From positions 1 through 64,000 of the forward strand of contig CAXHJY010001646.1 of assembly GCA_964016885.1 (NCBI GenBank): DNA of 64,000 nucleotides. The letters run 5' to 3'. The notes under the pieces were generated by a model. It had not been told where the DNA came from. It ran no database searches and was given only the letters and a program-made list of their open reading frames with translations. Position numbers and translations under genes: made by a program. Source of the DNA: Eledone cirrhosa (taxonomy: Eukaryota). Within the stretch, counting starts at the first letter, position 1; each line of letters starts with the position of its first letter. Of the stretch, positions 15,101 through 27,277 are shown in pieces.

Positions 15101-18100
15101 GTTGTAGTTGGAGGTGGTGTTGTAGTTGGAGGTGGTGTTGTAGTTGGTGGTGGTGTTGTAGCTGGTGGTGGTGTTGTAGTTGGTGGTGGTGGTGTAGTTG
15201 GTGGTGGTGGTGTAGTTGGTGGTGGTGGTGTAGTTGGTGGTGGTGGTGGTGGTGGTGTAGCTGGTGGTGGTGTTGTAGTTGGTGGTGGTGTTGTAGTTGG
15301 TGGTGGTGTTGTAGTTGGTGGTGGTGGTGTAGTTGGTGGTGGTGGTGTAGTTGGTGGTGGTGGTGTAGTTGGTGGTGGTGTTGTAGTTGGTGGTGGTGTT
15401 GTAGTTGGTGGTGGTGGTGTAGTTGGTGGTGGTGGTGTAGTTGGTGGTGGTGTTGTAGTTGGAGGTGGTGTTGTAGTTGGTGGTGGTGTTGTAGTTGGTG
15501 GTGGTGTTGTAGTTGGTGGTGGTGTTGTAGTCGGTGGTGGTGGTGTAGTTGGTGGTGGTGTTGTAGTTGGTGGTGGTGGTGTAGTTGGTGGTGGTGGTGG
15601 TGTAGTCGGTGGTGGTGTTGTAGTTGGTGGTGGTGGTGTAGTTGGTGGTGGTGGTGTAGTTGGAGGTGGTGTTGTAGTCGGTGGTGGTGGTGTAGTCGGT
15701 GGTGGTGTTGTAGTTGGTGGTGGTGGTGTAGTTGGTGGTGGTGGTGTAGTTGGTGGTGGTGTTGTAGTTGGTGGTGGTGTTGTAGTTGGTGGTGGTGGTG
15801 TAGTTGGTGGTGGTGTTGTAGTTGGAGGTGGTGTTGTAGTCGATGGTGGTGGTGTAGCTGGTGGTGGTGTTGTAGTTGGTGGTGGTGGTGTAGTTGGTGG
15901 TGGTGTTGTAGTTGGTGGTGGTGTTGTAGTTGGTGGTGGTGGTGTAGTTGGTGGTGGTGTTGTAGCTGGTGGTGGTGTTGTAGTTGGTGGTGGTGGTGTA
16001 GTTGGTGGTGGTGGTGTAGTTGGTGGTGGTGTTGTAGTTGGTGGTGGTGTTGTAGTTGGTGGTGGTGTTGTAGTTGGTGGTGGTGGTGTAGTTGGTGGTG
16101 GTGTTGTAGTTGGTGGTGGTGGTGTAGTTGGTGGTGGTGGTGTAGTTGGTGGTGGTGGTGTAGTTGGTGGTGGTGGTGTAGTTGGTGGTGGTGTTGTAGT
16201 TGGTGGTGGTGGTGTAGTTGGTGGTGGTGGTGTAGTTGGTGGTGGTGGTGTAGTTGGTGGTGGTGTTGTAGCTGGTGGTGGTGGTGTAGTTGGTGGTGGT
16301 GGTGTAGTCGGAGGTGGTGTTGTAGTCGGTGGTGGTGGTGTAGTTGGTGGTGGTGTTGTAGTTGGTGGTGGTGGTGTAGTTGGTGGTGGTGTTGTAGTTG
16401 GTGGTGGTGTTGTAGTTGGTGGTGGTGGTGTAGTTGGTGGTGGTGGTGTAGTTGGTGGTGGTGGTGTAGTTGGTGGTGGTGTTGTAGTTGGTGGTGGTGG
16501 TGTAGTTGGTGGTGGTGTTGTAGTTGGTGGTGGTGGTGTAGTTGGTGGTGGTGGTGTAGTTGGTGGTGGTGGTGTAGTTGGTGGTGGTGGTGTAGTTGGT
16601 GGTGGTGTTGTAGTTGGTGGTGGTGGTGTAGTTGGTGGTGGTGTTGTAGTTGGTGGTGGTGGTGTAGTTGGTGGTGGTGGTGTAGTTGGTGGTGGTGGTG
16701 TAGTTGGTGGTGGTGTTGTAGTTGGTGGTGGTGTTGTAGTTGGTGGTGGTGGTGTAGTTGGTGGTGGTGTTGTAGTTGGTGGTGGTGGTGTAGTTGGTGG
16801 TGGTGGTGTAGTTGGTGGTGGTGTTGTAGTTGGTGGTGGTGTTGTAGTTGGTGGTGGTGGTGTAGTTGGTGGTGGTGGTGTAGTTGGTGGTGGTGGTGTA
16901 GTTGGTGGTGGTGTTGTAGCTGGTGGTGGTGTTGTAGTTGGTGGTGGTGGTGTAGTTGGTGGTGGTGGTGTAGTTGGAGGTGGTGTTGTAGTCGGTGGTG
17001 GTGGTGTAGTTGGTGGTGGTGTTGTAGTTGGTGGTGGTGGTGTAGTTGGTGGTGGTGGTGTAGTTGGTGGTGGTGGTGTAGTTGGTGGTGGTGGTGTAGT
17101 TGGTGGTGGTGTTGTAGTTGGAGGTGGTGTTGTAGTCGGTGGTGGTGGTGTAGCTGGTGTAGCTGGTGGTGGTGGTGTAGGTGGTGCTGGTGGTGGTGTA
17201 GGTGGTGGTGTTGTAGTTGTTGGTGGTGGTGGTGTTGTAGCTGGTGGTGGTGTTGTAGTTGGTGGTGGTGGTGTAGTTGGTGGTGGTGGTGTAGTTGGTG
17301 GTGGTGTTGTAGTTGGTGGTGGTGTTGTAGTTGGTGGTGGTGTTGTAGTTGGTGGTGGTGGTGTAGTTGGTGGTGGTGTTGTAGTTGGAGGTGGTGTTGT
17401 AGTCGGTGGTGGTGGTGTAGCTGGTGGTGGTGGTGTAGCTGGTGGTGGTGGTGTAGGTGGTGCTGGTGGTGGTGTAGGTGGTGCTGGTGGTGGTGTAGGT
17501 GGTGGTGTTGTAGTTGTTGGTGGTGGTGGTGTTGTAGCTGGTGGTGGTGGTGTAGTTGGTGGTGGTGTTGTAGTTGGTGGTGGTGGTGTAGCTGGTGGTG
17601 GTGGTGTAGCTGGTGGTGGTGGTGTAGTTGGTGGTGGTGGTGTTGTAGTTGGTGGTGGTGTTGTAGTTGGTGGTGGTGGTGTAGCTGGTGGTGGTGTTGT
17701 AGCTGGTGGTGGTGTTGTAGCTGGTGGTGGTGTTGTAGCTGGTGGTGGTGGTGTAGCTGGTGGTGGTGGTGTAGCTGGTGGTGGTGTTGTAGTTGGTGGT
17801 AGTGTTGTAGTTGGTGGTGGTGGTGTAGCTGGTGGTGGTGGTGTAGCTGGTGGTGTAGTTGGTGGTAGTGTTGTAGTTGGTGGTGGTGGTGTAGCTGGTG
17901 GTAGTGGTGTAGTTGTTGGTGATGTTGTAGTCGGTGGTGGTGGTGTAGTTCGTGGTAGTGTTGTAGTTGGTTGTGGTGCTGTGGTAGTGTTGTGGTGGTG
18001 TAGTTGGTGGTAGTGGTGTAGTTGGTTGTGGTGTTGTGGTTGGTTGTGGTGTTGTAGTTGGTGGTGGTGCTGTGGTAGTGTTGTGGTGGTGTAGTTGGTG

Positions 18101-18400
18101 GTGGTGCTGTAGTTGGTGGTGGTCTTGTGGTAGTGTTGTGGTTGGTTGTGGTGGTGTAGTTGGTTGTGGTGTTGTAGTTGGTGGTGGTGCTGTAGTTGGT
18201 GGTGGTGTTGTGGTAGTGTTGTGGTAGTGTTGTGGTTGGTTGTGGTGTAGTTGGTGGTGGTGGTGTAGTTGGTGGTGTTGGTGTAGTTGGTTGGAGGTGG
18301 TGTAGTTGGTGGTGGTGTTGTTGAAGGTGTTTTGGTTGATGGTGTTATTGGTGTTGGTGGTGTTGTAGTTGGAGGTGGTGTTATCGGAGGTGTTGGAGGT
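9180..18400. repeat. 9.2-kb intronic GGT-rich satellite, 18-bp unit GTAG(T/C)TGGTGGTGGTG(G/T)T
   Basis: Direct inspection. Fills almost the whole intron between RIT exons 8915-9106 and 18853-18926. Confidence 0.97.
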
Positions 18401-18852
18401 CGTGGTTAAAACATTGCCTCAAAAAGATGCCTTATTAAATATGAAGCTCATAGTTCTGCTCTGTTTTAACAGGGAAAATAGTCTTAAAACTCCTGTGTGT
18501 GTGTTTGTGTGTGTGCACGCACATTTCAGTGCAGTTTGTGCATTGGTGTATTTGTGAATCCCCATAAAATGTCCAAATCCCCAGCCCACACCTAAACTCC
18601 ACAGTCACTCCCTCTCCTCTCCCAACCAATGTACACCAATACCCTCCCCAGCCCCTATCACCAATCCACCAATACCAACTCCCCCTATTACCAATCCACC
18701 AAGGTCATCCCCCTCACCAATCCAGCAATAGCCCACCCCCCTCACCAATGTCTCCCTCCATACATGTCCATTAACCCCCCCCCCCCACATATACCAATAC
18801 GCTAGTGTATACCCCCCCTGCATCTGTCCATCAGTGTCCAAACACGACTTAC

Positions 18853-18926
18853 CTGTCCAGCAGTATCCAGAATGTCCAGCTGAGCTGGTTCTCCATCGAT
18901 TCGAGCCTGTTGTTGGTAGGCATCCT
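18853..18926 (-). CDS. RIT1: Rit/Rin GTPase coding exon (G3 DTAGQ)
   Basis: 74 bp, (E)DAYQQQARIDGEPAQLDILDTAGQ. Acceptor TTCTCTTCCCACAG, donor GTAAGT at 18852. Phase matches both neighbouring exons. Confidence 0.95.
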
Positions 18927-18927
18927 C

Positions 18928-19480
18928 TGTGGGAAGAGAAGTAAGACACGGTCATAACTCATGGCTGTGACATGTCATAACTATGATGTGGGAAGAGAAC
19001 GACACAAGTTGGTCATAACTCATGGCTGTGACATGTCATAGCTATGATGTGGGAGGAGAACGACACAAGTTGGTCATAACTCAAGGCTGTGACATGTCAT
19101 AGCTATGATGTGGGAGGAGAACGACACAAGTTGGTCATAACTCATAGCTGTGACATGTCATAGCTATGATGTGGGAGGAGAACGACACAAGTTGGTCATA
19201 ACTCATAGCTGTGACATGTCATAGCTATGATGTGAGAAGAGAAACATCACAAGTTGGTCATAACTCATGGCTGTGACATGTCATAGCTATGATGTGAGAG
19301 GAGAAACATCACAAGTTGGTCATAACTCATGGCTGTGACATGCCATAGCTGTGGTATGTCATAGCTTCGATGCAGGAGGCATACAACACAAGTTGGTCAT
19401 AATTCATAACTGTGGTATGTCATAAGCAAAGATAGATCGTAGCTATGATGTGGAAAGATAATGACACAAATTGGTCATAA
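18928..19480. repeat. 61-62-bp minisatellite (~8-9 copies) abutting the exon acceptor
   Basis: GTCATAACTC recurs at 18951, 19012, 19073, 19134, 19195, 19257 and 19319. Confidence 0.95.
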
Positions 19481-19682
19481 TTTTAAAATGAAATACGATG
19501 TGTTTTAGATCAATATAAACACATTTTCAATTAAGATTTGATGGGTTATTTTTAGATTAAAAAAATGAACAATTTTAAAATGAACAGTTTTGTTCCCTAT
19601 AGGGAAAGGTGAGGGACAGAGAGTTTGGTATGAAAAGGGTTAGGATAATAAGAGAAAGAAGAGAATAAGAATAAATACTCAC

Positions 19683-19739
19683 CTATTGTAGGGTCATGAT
19701 ATTCTAAAAATCTGTGGCAGACAAACTGTATTACAAGGG
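19683..19739 (-). CDS. RIT1: Rit/Rin GTPase coding exon (effector loop YHDPTI)
   Basis: 57 bp, (A)LVIQFVCHRFLEYHDPTI(E). Acceptor CAG at 19740-19742, donor GTGAGT at 19682. Spliced to the next exon it gives HDPTIEDAY, the Rit/Rin effector signature. Not in the ORF track. Confidence 0.93.
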
Positions 19740-20818
19740 CTGGAATAGAGAGAAAGAGCAATGGTTAATGTGTGAGAGAGAGAGAGAGCTAATGTTATAT
19801 ATACATATGATATATTCACTGGTGGTTCTCCTAACCAATGAGGTTAGCTTTGCGGAACCTAAAATCATAGCCACACTTCCATTTTGGGGCTAATTTCTAA
19901 CACAATTTGCCATTTTTTAAAATGAAAATAATCTGACAACCAAGGAGGGGGGAGGTAGAAGTGGTGGGGAGTGGGGGTTGAAGTAGAGGGGTCTGGGAGG
20001 ATGGCGTGGTGGAGAGTGGGGGGATGATGTGGTTTGCAGGTTTTCTTTGTAAAGAGTTAACAAGACAAACACTTACTGGTCTTCAAGATTTAACCTTTCA
20101 GTCAACATCTCAACATCCCAACCCCACCCCTACCTGGCACATGACATTACACCCATCACCACCACCACCACCCCTCCACCATCACCACCACTGACCCTTA
20201 ATTAAAGTTGTTAGACTCGGAGATAAAGATCTTTCTAGAGTTTAAATGACAGTTTGACAGCCCCCGCTTCACCCACCCACCTACCACACACATACACACA
20301 CCTAACTTACCCACCACACCTACCCCTTGCACCTCACCCACCAACCACACCTACCCCACACACATACACAGTGTATGTGCATGGATATATAAGCTTGTGT
20401 GTGTATATACAAATATACACACACCACAGACCACAACACACAACAACACCTCCTTAGAAAAACACCAAGTCTTCCTGTTCCTCACCCCTCAATGACACTC
20501 CCTCATTTATCCTCACCCCACTGGCCCCCACCTACATACTTACAAAGATTTACCTAATTAGTTGTAGTTAAATTTTTTAAACCACACACACGCACACATA
20601 TATACACACACACACACATCTCCACATACGTTTACACCTAATTTTTAAAAGCTTTTTCAAAGTAATTCCCCACCTTGCTCTCTTTGCTGTCATAAGTACC
20701 ACTTAAAAAATGACTTGTTAGTAAGAAAACGTGCATATACACACATATGCATCCAAATACACACACACACACATCCACAGCAACATATACACACATACAC
20801 ACGCACACCAATATATCC

Positions 20819-20863
<45 letters not shown>

Positions 20864-20879
20864 CATATATATATATATG

Positions 20880-20931
20880 GACTTTCCTGATGATTTCATA
20901 CAAATGGAACAGTTCTAGTCATGTAGAAGTC
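20880..20931 (+). ncRNA. Degenerate hammerhead motif (GAAA mutated to GGAA)
   Basis: GACUUUC-CUGAUGA-UUUCAUACAAAU-GGAA-CAGUUCUAGUCAUG-UA-GAAGUC. Same family as the intact 28442-28518 copy. Confidence 0.55.
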
Positions 20932-20995
20932 ATTTCTATATAAAATAAATAAATATCAATGATATTAATAAATGGAAACTATCTTTATAAAACCA

Positions 20996-21064
20996 TATTT
21001 ATTTTATTATATATATTTCAAGGGTACCAAAATTTTGGTACGCTCTCATCAGATAAAATAAATA
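20996..21064 (-). ncRNA. Type I hammerhead ribozyme motif, minimal stem III
   Basis: Minus strand: 12-bp stem I UAUUUAUUUUAU/AUAAAAUAAAUA, CUGAUGA, stem II GAG-C-GUACCAAAAUUUUGGUAC-C-CUU, GAAA, UAUAUA, UA cleavage site. Confidence 0.85.
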
Positions 21065-21164
21065 AATATATATATACATACTGATCAAGACGATCCGAAA
21101 CCTTATTCGTTTACCAAGTAAGGTGAACCAAGGAAACAATATTTCCTTTGATCTTTCCATTGCT

Positions 21165-21315
21165 GATACTATCTGCTGGTTGCAATTCCAGGTAGAAGAA
21201 GCAACATGAAATAAAGTGTTTTGCTGAAGGACATAACACATCACCCAGTCCAGGAATTGAACTCACAACCTCATGATAGTGAATCCAAATCTCTAACCAC
21301 CAAGCCACATGCCAT
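21165..21315 (-). mobile_element. tRNA-derived CORE-like SINE (family B)
   Basis: Reverse complement of the family B head (GGCATGTGGCTTGGTGGTTAGAG...GAGTTCAATTCC). Confidence 0.7.
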
Positions 21316-22109
21316 CATAACATGCAAAAACTGTTAAATTTAATTCACATTTATCATTTATTTTTTGGTGTTAAAATTTTTGTTGCACTGCTTGTGACCT
21401 GGTCACTGACACAGCTTCAGTTTATTGTTTTCATGTAGTTTAACACTTTAGCATTTAAACCGACCGTATCTGGCCAGAATTCTCTCACCTCTTTCTGTTC
21501 AAACTGGCTGTAACTGGCCACTCATACTACTGTTAAGGTATTGTTCTCAAAATAAATAACATCAAAATCTCATTCGATATTATGCGAGGTAATTATGTAT
21601 GATAAAGGCATAGCCACAAAAAATACAATATATATATATATAAATGGTAAAGGGTTAAGTCTTAAAAGCCCGGAACAAATGATAGTACAAGCCACATGTT
21701 ACATGTAGGTAGCAGGAGGACATGGTAGATCATGGAGGAGGCTATTGTATGTAACATGGAGGATTGACATTAGATTTTATTAGAGGTATTATGTAGCCTA
21801 TAGTGAAAACATTAAACAGAGCAGAGAGACCTGATGTCTCACACAGCATGATAGGCTCTGTGACGGCTACAGTCCAAAGAAGAAAGAAAAAAGAAGAAAA
21901 AAGAAGAAAAAGAAAGAAGAAAAAGAAGAAAAAGAAAAAGAAGAAGAAAAAGAAAGAGAAAAAGAAGAAGAAGAAACAGAAGAGGAAGGAGAAGAAGACG
22001 ACGACGACTAGGTAGAATAGGAAGGAGACATTTGATAAAAGGAAAATAAATTAGGGAAGTAAGACAAAAAACAAAGAAAAACTATAGGAAACAAAAGAAA
22101 GGATTTCCT

Positions 22110-22156
<47 letters not shown>

Positions 22157-22714
22157 GTGTGCGAGAGAGAGAGAGGGGAGAAAGGGACTGTTGCTATTTT
22201 ATTTAAAGTCTTGTAATAATTACCAGTTTCCAGAAATAGAAACAATATTCTTTTGCAAACCCTCAACAATAATAATAATTTGTAACGACAATAACAACAA
22301 CAACAATGGAAAAATTGTTTATTTTTCGCTGAAAGTCTCCAGAAATCATTAGGGTGGGTGTGGGGGATGTGTGTGGTGATGGGGGTGGGGAATGTGTGTG
22401 GCGGGGGGGGGGGGGTAATGTGGTGATGGGTGGTGGGGTGGTTGTGTGTGTGTGTGGTGGGGGTGATGTGTGTGTGTGTGTGCGGTGGGGGGTGATGTGT
22501 GTGTGTGTGTGTGTGGTGGGGTGATGTGTGTGTCAGTGTGTTTGTTATGGTGATGTGTATATGTATGTGTTGGGCTGTGTGTGGTAGGGTATGTATGTGT
22601 TGGGCTGTGTGTGGTAGGGTATGTATGTGTGGTGGGGGTGATGGTTTCATGCCCCACCCTGTTCGCTGAAAGGAAAGGTGGGGTGGTGTCTTCCAAAAGA
22701 AGTCTTTTTTTCAA

Positions 22715-22717
<3 letters not shown>

Positions 22718-22762
<45 letters not shown>
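22718..22762. repeat. C45 homopolymer (G45 on the gene-sense strand)
   Basis: Direct count. Length may be affected by sequencing error. Confidence 0.85.
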
Positions 22763-22852
22763 ATTACAAAGCCAAGGGAAGTGCATGTTGTATATTTCTG
22801 GTACTTTTTATATTTTAGGAAGTCTGCTAAGTAACAAAATCACAGCGATCAG

Positions 22853-22888
<36 letters not shown>

Positions 22889-22994
22889 CACACACACACA
22901 CACATATACACATACATACACACATACATATATAAACACACACACACACACACATAAACACACACACACACACAAACATACACACACACATATA

Positions 22995-23064
<70 letters not shown>

Positions 23065-23089
23065 CATACACACATATCTCTCTATCTAT

Positions 23090-23512
23090 CTAGGGCGGGT
23101 GAAATTCCCGAGATCCATGGACGAGTTCTCCAGCGGTCTCTGTCCCTCATCAACGCTGCCATGTCCTGCGTCTCCAACAGACCAGTGTCTGTCCTTAGGG
23201 CATCAACATACGTTAACCTTGGTCTTCCTCTTCCAGTGTGTCCATGCAGGAGCTCCCAAAGGAGCACTGAGTGCAGTGTCATCTCTGGATGTTGGTGAGC
23301 ATGTCCAGCTAACCCCAGTCTCCTCTGTGTCACTTTTGAGCTGACTTTTGGGAGGCTCCCATGCAGCTCTGAGTTTTTCATCCTCAGTGTATACTGATTA
23401 ATGTTCAGAGCTATCCTCAGCATTCTCGTGTAGCACCCATCCACCATCTGAGTGAGTTTCTTGGTCAATGTCCAAGTCTCAGACCCGTACAGCAGCACAG
23501 ACTCCACTACAG
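23090..23512 (-). mobile_element. RTE-like LINE fragment (divergent subfamily), C-terminal RT/thumb region
   Basis: ORF ESVLLYGSETWTLT...YTRMLR...RRLGLAGH...[11 protein letters not shown], with typical RTE C-terminal motifs. Confidence 0.8.
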
Positions 23513-23626
23513 TCCAAGTATTTGAGGTTTCACTCCTGTGGAAGTGATATGAATGTCACTACTTAGCTATTATTGTGATAGAGATTTGGTTCTAGTCACA
23601 TGTGTGTGACTGTATATGTGTGTGAC

Positions 23627-23695
<69 letters not shown>

Positions 23696-23702
23696 CTGTA
23701 TA

Positions 23703-23740
<38 letters not shown>

Positions 23741-23813
23741 CAAACACACAATTGGAAGAAACAATTGTCAGCAAATAAATGTATTAAACTAAGATTTGAT
23801 TGTTTTAACACTT

Positions 23814-23858
<45 letters not shown>

Positions 23859-23861
<3 letters not shown>

Positions 23862-25410
23862 TAAAAGTTGGTGTCCATCAGGGCTCTGTTCTTAGCCCCC
23901 TACTATTTATTATTGCCCTTCAAGCTATAACAGAGGAGTTCAAGACCGGCTGCCCATGGGAACTCCTATACGCAGATGATCTAACGCTCATTGCTGAATC
24001 AATGGCCGAGCTAGAGAAGAAATTCCAAACATGGAAGCACGGCCTAGAATCAAAAGGCCTTAAAATTAACCTGGCTAAGACTAAAGTTCTAGTTTGTAAG
24101 AAAGAAAATAAGGTGGCGGTCCCTTCCGTGAAGTGGCCATGCTCAGTGTGTAGGAAAGGCGTAGGTAGAAACTCCATTTTATGTCCCAAATGCAAAGTAT
24201 GGGTGCATAAAAGATGTAGTGGGATCACAGGTAAGCTAACTAAGAACATAGATTTTACATGTGGCCGGTGCTCTGGTGCAATAAGTAGCAGCAAGTGCCC
24301 ACAAAATACTAGCTCCTTCAACTGCGCAGAGGGTTCTATAGAAATAGTGGACAGTTTCCGTTACCTGGGTGACAAAATCAGCAGTGGGGGAGGGTGCTCT
24401 GAAAGTACAGTAGCTAGAGTCAGAACTGGATGGAAAAAGTTCAGAGAGCTTATACCACTATTAGCCGCTAAAGGGTTCTCCCTAAAAATGAAAGGCAGGT
24501 TGTATGATGCCTGCATACGAACAGCAATGTTGCATGGCAGTGAGACCTGGGCATTGTGTGCAGAGGATATACGCAGACTAGAGAGGAACGAAGCTTGCAT
24601 GCTCCGCTGGATGTGTAATAGTAATATACGTGAACGGCAAAGCATAAACGAACTAAGGAAAAAATTAGAAATAAGAGGGATCAGATGTTGTTTACTCGAG
24701 AGAAGGCTACGTTGGTATGGTCACGTGATGCACATGAAAGACGATAGCTGTATAACAAAGTGCAGGGCAATAAAGATAGACGGTAGCCACGGAGTAGGCA
24801 GACCCAGAAAAACCTGGGACGAGCTGATAAATTCCGACCTCACACACTTACACCTCTCCAAGACAATGTCACTGGACCGAGACCTTTGGCGGTACTCAGT
24901 AATAGAGAAGACCCGCCTTACCTAAATACAAAGTAAAACCTACTACAGTCAGTAGGCATCTCTAACAAAATACACCCCCGTCCCACCCCATCCACACCGC
25001 CCCTTTCAATGTAAAGTTATGTTGGTGCCACAACATCCAGGCCGAAACAAATGAGATCGTGTAGGTGTCACGACAAAAAAACACACAGTCCACGCTGTAA
25101 TGTGGCCGTGTAGGCAACACGGTAAAAACCTCCCAGCTCCACACTGTAAATGTGGTTGGTGTTAGGAAGGGCATCCAGCTGTGGAAAACCCGCCAGACAG
25201 TCCACGCTGTAATGTGGCCGTGTAGGCAACACGGTAAACACCTCCCAGCCCCACACTGTAAATGTGGTTGGTGTTAGGAAGGGCATCCAGCTGTAGAAAA
25301 CCCGCCAGACAGTCCTATGCGAGCAAGACAATCACTCTTGCCTCAAGTGGGAAAACCCCCGTCCAAACCCATGCAAGCATGGAACACGGACGTTAAACGT
25401 TGATGATGAT
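23859..25410 (+). mobile_element. 5'-truncated RTE-clade LINE: RT domain C-terminal half, 3' UTR and (GAT)n tail
   Basis: Open frame to 24925 containing GVHQGSVLSPLLF, LLYADD, FRYLG, LHGSETW, RRLRWYGHV and GRPRKTW. The 3' UTR has a duplicated ~110-bp block. Begins right after (TA)n. Confidence 0.95.
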
Positions 25411-25419
25411 GATATATAT

Positions 25420-25630
25420 ATCATCATTTAACGTCTATCTTCCACGCTTGCATGGGTTAGACGGGAGTTGTCCCACTTGAGGCAAGCTTGGTCGAGTGAC
25501 CGTGTCTCGCTCATATAAGACTATCTGGCAGGTTTTCTACGGCTGGATGGCCTTCCTAACACCAACCACATTTACAGTGTGGACTGGGAACTTTTTACCA
25601 TGTTACCTACACGGCCACATTACAGCATAC
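25420..25630 (-). mobile_element. RTE 3' UTR-derived short element, tail-to-tail with the upstream LINE
   Basis: Reverse complement of 25200-25410 (GGATGGCCTTCCTAACACC, CCACATTTACAGTG). Confidence 0.8.
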
Positions 25631-25831
25631 TTACACATGTACACATACAATAAATTATATACATTTGCTAACAAGAGTATATTGAATAAGTGGATGTTAT
25701 TTTTTTTGCAAATAAAATCATAAACATTGATATATATACACATTGATATATATACACATTGATATATATAAACATTGATATATAAGAACATTGATATATA
25801 AGAACATTGATATATAAGAACATTGATATAT

Positions 25832-26049
25832 GAGAAGACCTGGGATGAGATGATAAAAGCCGACCTTACCCAATTACACCTCTCAAAAGCGATGACACAC
25901 GACCGTGACCTCTGGCGTCACGCAGTAATAGAGAAAACCCGACCCACCACGGGTACAAGCCGAAGCTGAAGCATAGAGACAATATGCCCCCACACCCTCC
26001 CACTCAAAGTGGTCGTGTAGGCGCCACGGAAAAGAGCACCCAGCACTCA

Positions 26050-26052
<3 letters not shown>
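25832..26052 (+). mobile_element. RTE 3'-end fragment
   Basis: GAAGACCTGGGATGAGATGATAAAAGCC..., homologous to 7965-8150. Confidence 0.7.
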
Positions 26053-26087
<35 letters not shown>

Positions 26088-26089
<2 letters not shown>

Positions 26090-26270
26090 ATAATTGTTTC
26101 TACTTTAGGCACAAGGCCAGCAATTACCCAGTGCATTACTGGTACTTTATTTTATCAACCCCGTAAGGATGAAAGGCAAAGTCAACCTCGGCGGGATTTG
26201 AACTCAGATTGTAAAGGGACGTAACTATGCTGGAAAGCATGGCGCCTGACCCTCGACCGATACTGCCAAT
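26088..26270 (-). mobile_element. tRNA-derived SINE (family A, ~190 bp)
   Basis: Reverse complement of the 58773-58961 consensus (A box TGGCAGTATCGG, B box GAGTTCAAATCC, GCCTTTCATCCTT..GGGGT.GATAAAATAAAGTACC). Confidence 0.85.
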
Positions 26271-26783
26271 TCAATAGTAATAATAATAAATTTGAAGACT
26301 AAAATCCAAAGAGGGCTCGATAAGGATAAATATATATAAAATATATAAGAACCACTTCTGCGTTTACAGATTGACTTTGTTAGTTTCAGAAGATCCCGTT
26401 AAGGGTGAAAGCAGCGATTCTTTGCTTAAACTTTAATCTGTTATTTTAATAAATATATATATATATCCAGGGAGTGTAAAGCAGAGTTACTGTAGGTTCA
26501 CCCGGGTGAGCACTTGTTTAGGCTCACGTCGGTATCGAGGTGTAGAGCTAGTCAGAGTAGTACATTCTATCATTACTACCACAGAGATCCGACGAGCCAT
26601 TGATTACAGAGCTGGGCTAGATCGATACAGATAGAACCTTGAGCTGATCAACAGCAAAACGCGCGCCACCAACCAATCAACCCAATGAAGGAGTAACCAT
26701 TCGTCCTTGTTATATATATCTATATATTTCGTTTCTGAATTTGTTTAGCAAGATTCTTTATCTGAAAACGTGTGTTGAAACCG

Positions 26784-27008
26784 ATATTGTTATGCTTTGG
26801 GAGGGTCATGTTGCCAATAAGAATCACACGCACCAGTTGCTTTCACTCCAGTCACTGAAGAGGTCACAGAATGTGTGACGAAAGAACTTTGACAATATAT
26901 GAACAACCGTGCGGTTGTGGAACCAACCAACCGGAAATTTATAATAAATTGGAGTGAAAGCAACTGGTGCGTGTGTTTCTTATTGGCAACATGACCCTCC
27001 CAAAGCAT

Positions 27009-27016
<8 letters not shown>
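26784..27016. repeat. Inverted repeat (~66-bp arms) enclosing a hammerhead-like motif
   Basis: Arms at 26784-26850 and 26950-27016. A single arm recurs at 62937-62995. Confidence 0.9.
26851..26893 (+). ncRNA. Type I hammerhead-like motif
   Basis: GUCA-CUGAAGA-G-GUCACA GAAUG UGUGAC-GAAA-GAAC-UU-UGAC: stem I GUCA/UGAC, 6-bp stem II, minimal stem III. One extra G follows the core. Confidence 0.65.
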
Positions 27017-27061
<45 letters not shown>

Positions 27062-27277
27062 AGTGGAAGCTTAGTAAAATCGAAGCTTTGGCTGTGGCCA
27101 AGCAAAGTCGACCTACAATTAGGAATGAGTAGCAAAGCACTCAATAAGGGTAGGTCCTTAGAATAATAACATTACGTTTAGATAGCTTGACAAATTGAAA
27201 ATTGCGGCAGGCAAAACCCAACCATACAATACCAAAACAACGAAAGAACTAATCAGGTTAAACAATGTATATATATA

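Noticed and set aside
9626-18013. Gly/Val-rich or Trp/Cys-rich giant ORFs, and a Pro/Thr-rich mucin-like reading on the minus strand
   Set aside because: The satellite lies inside an intron between two phase-compatible RIT exons, has frameshifts, and shows no signal peptide or unique domain.
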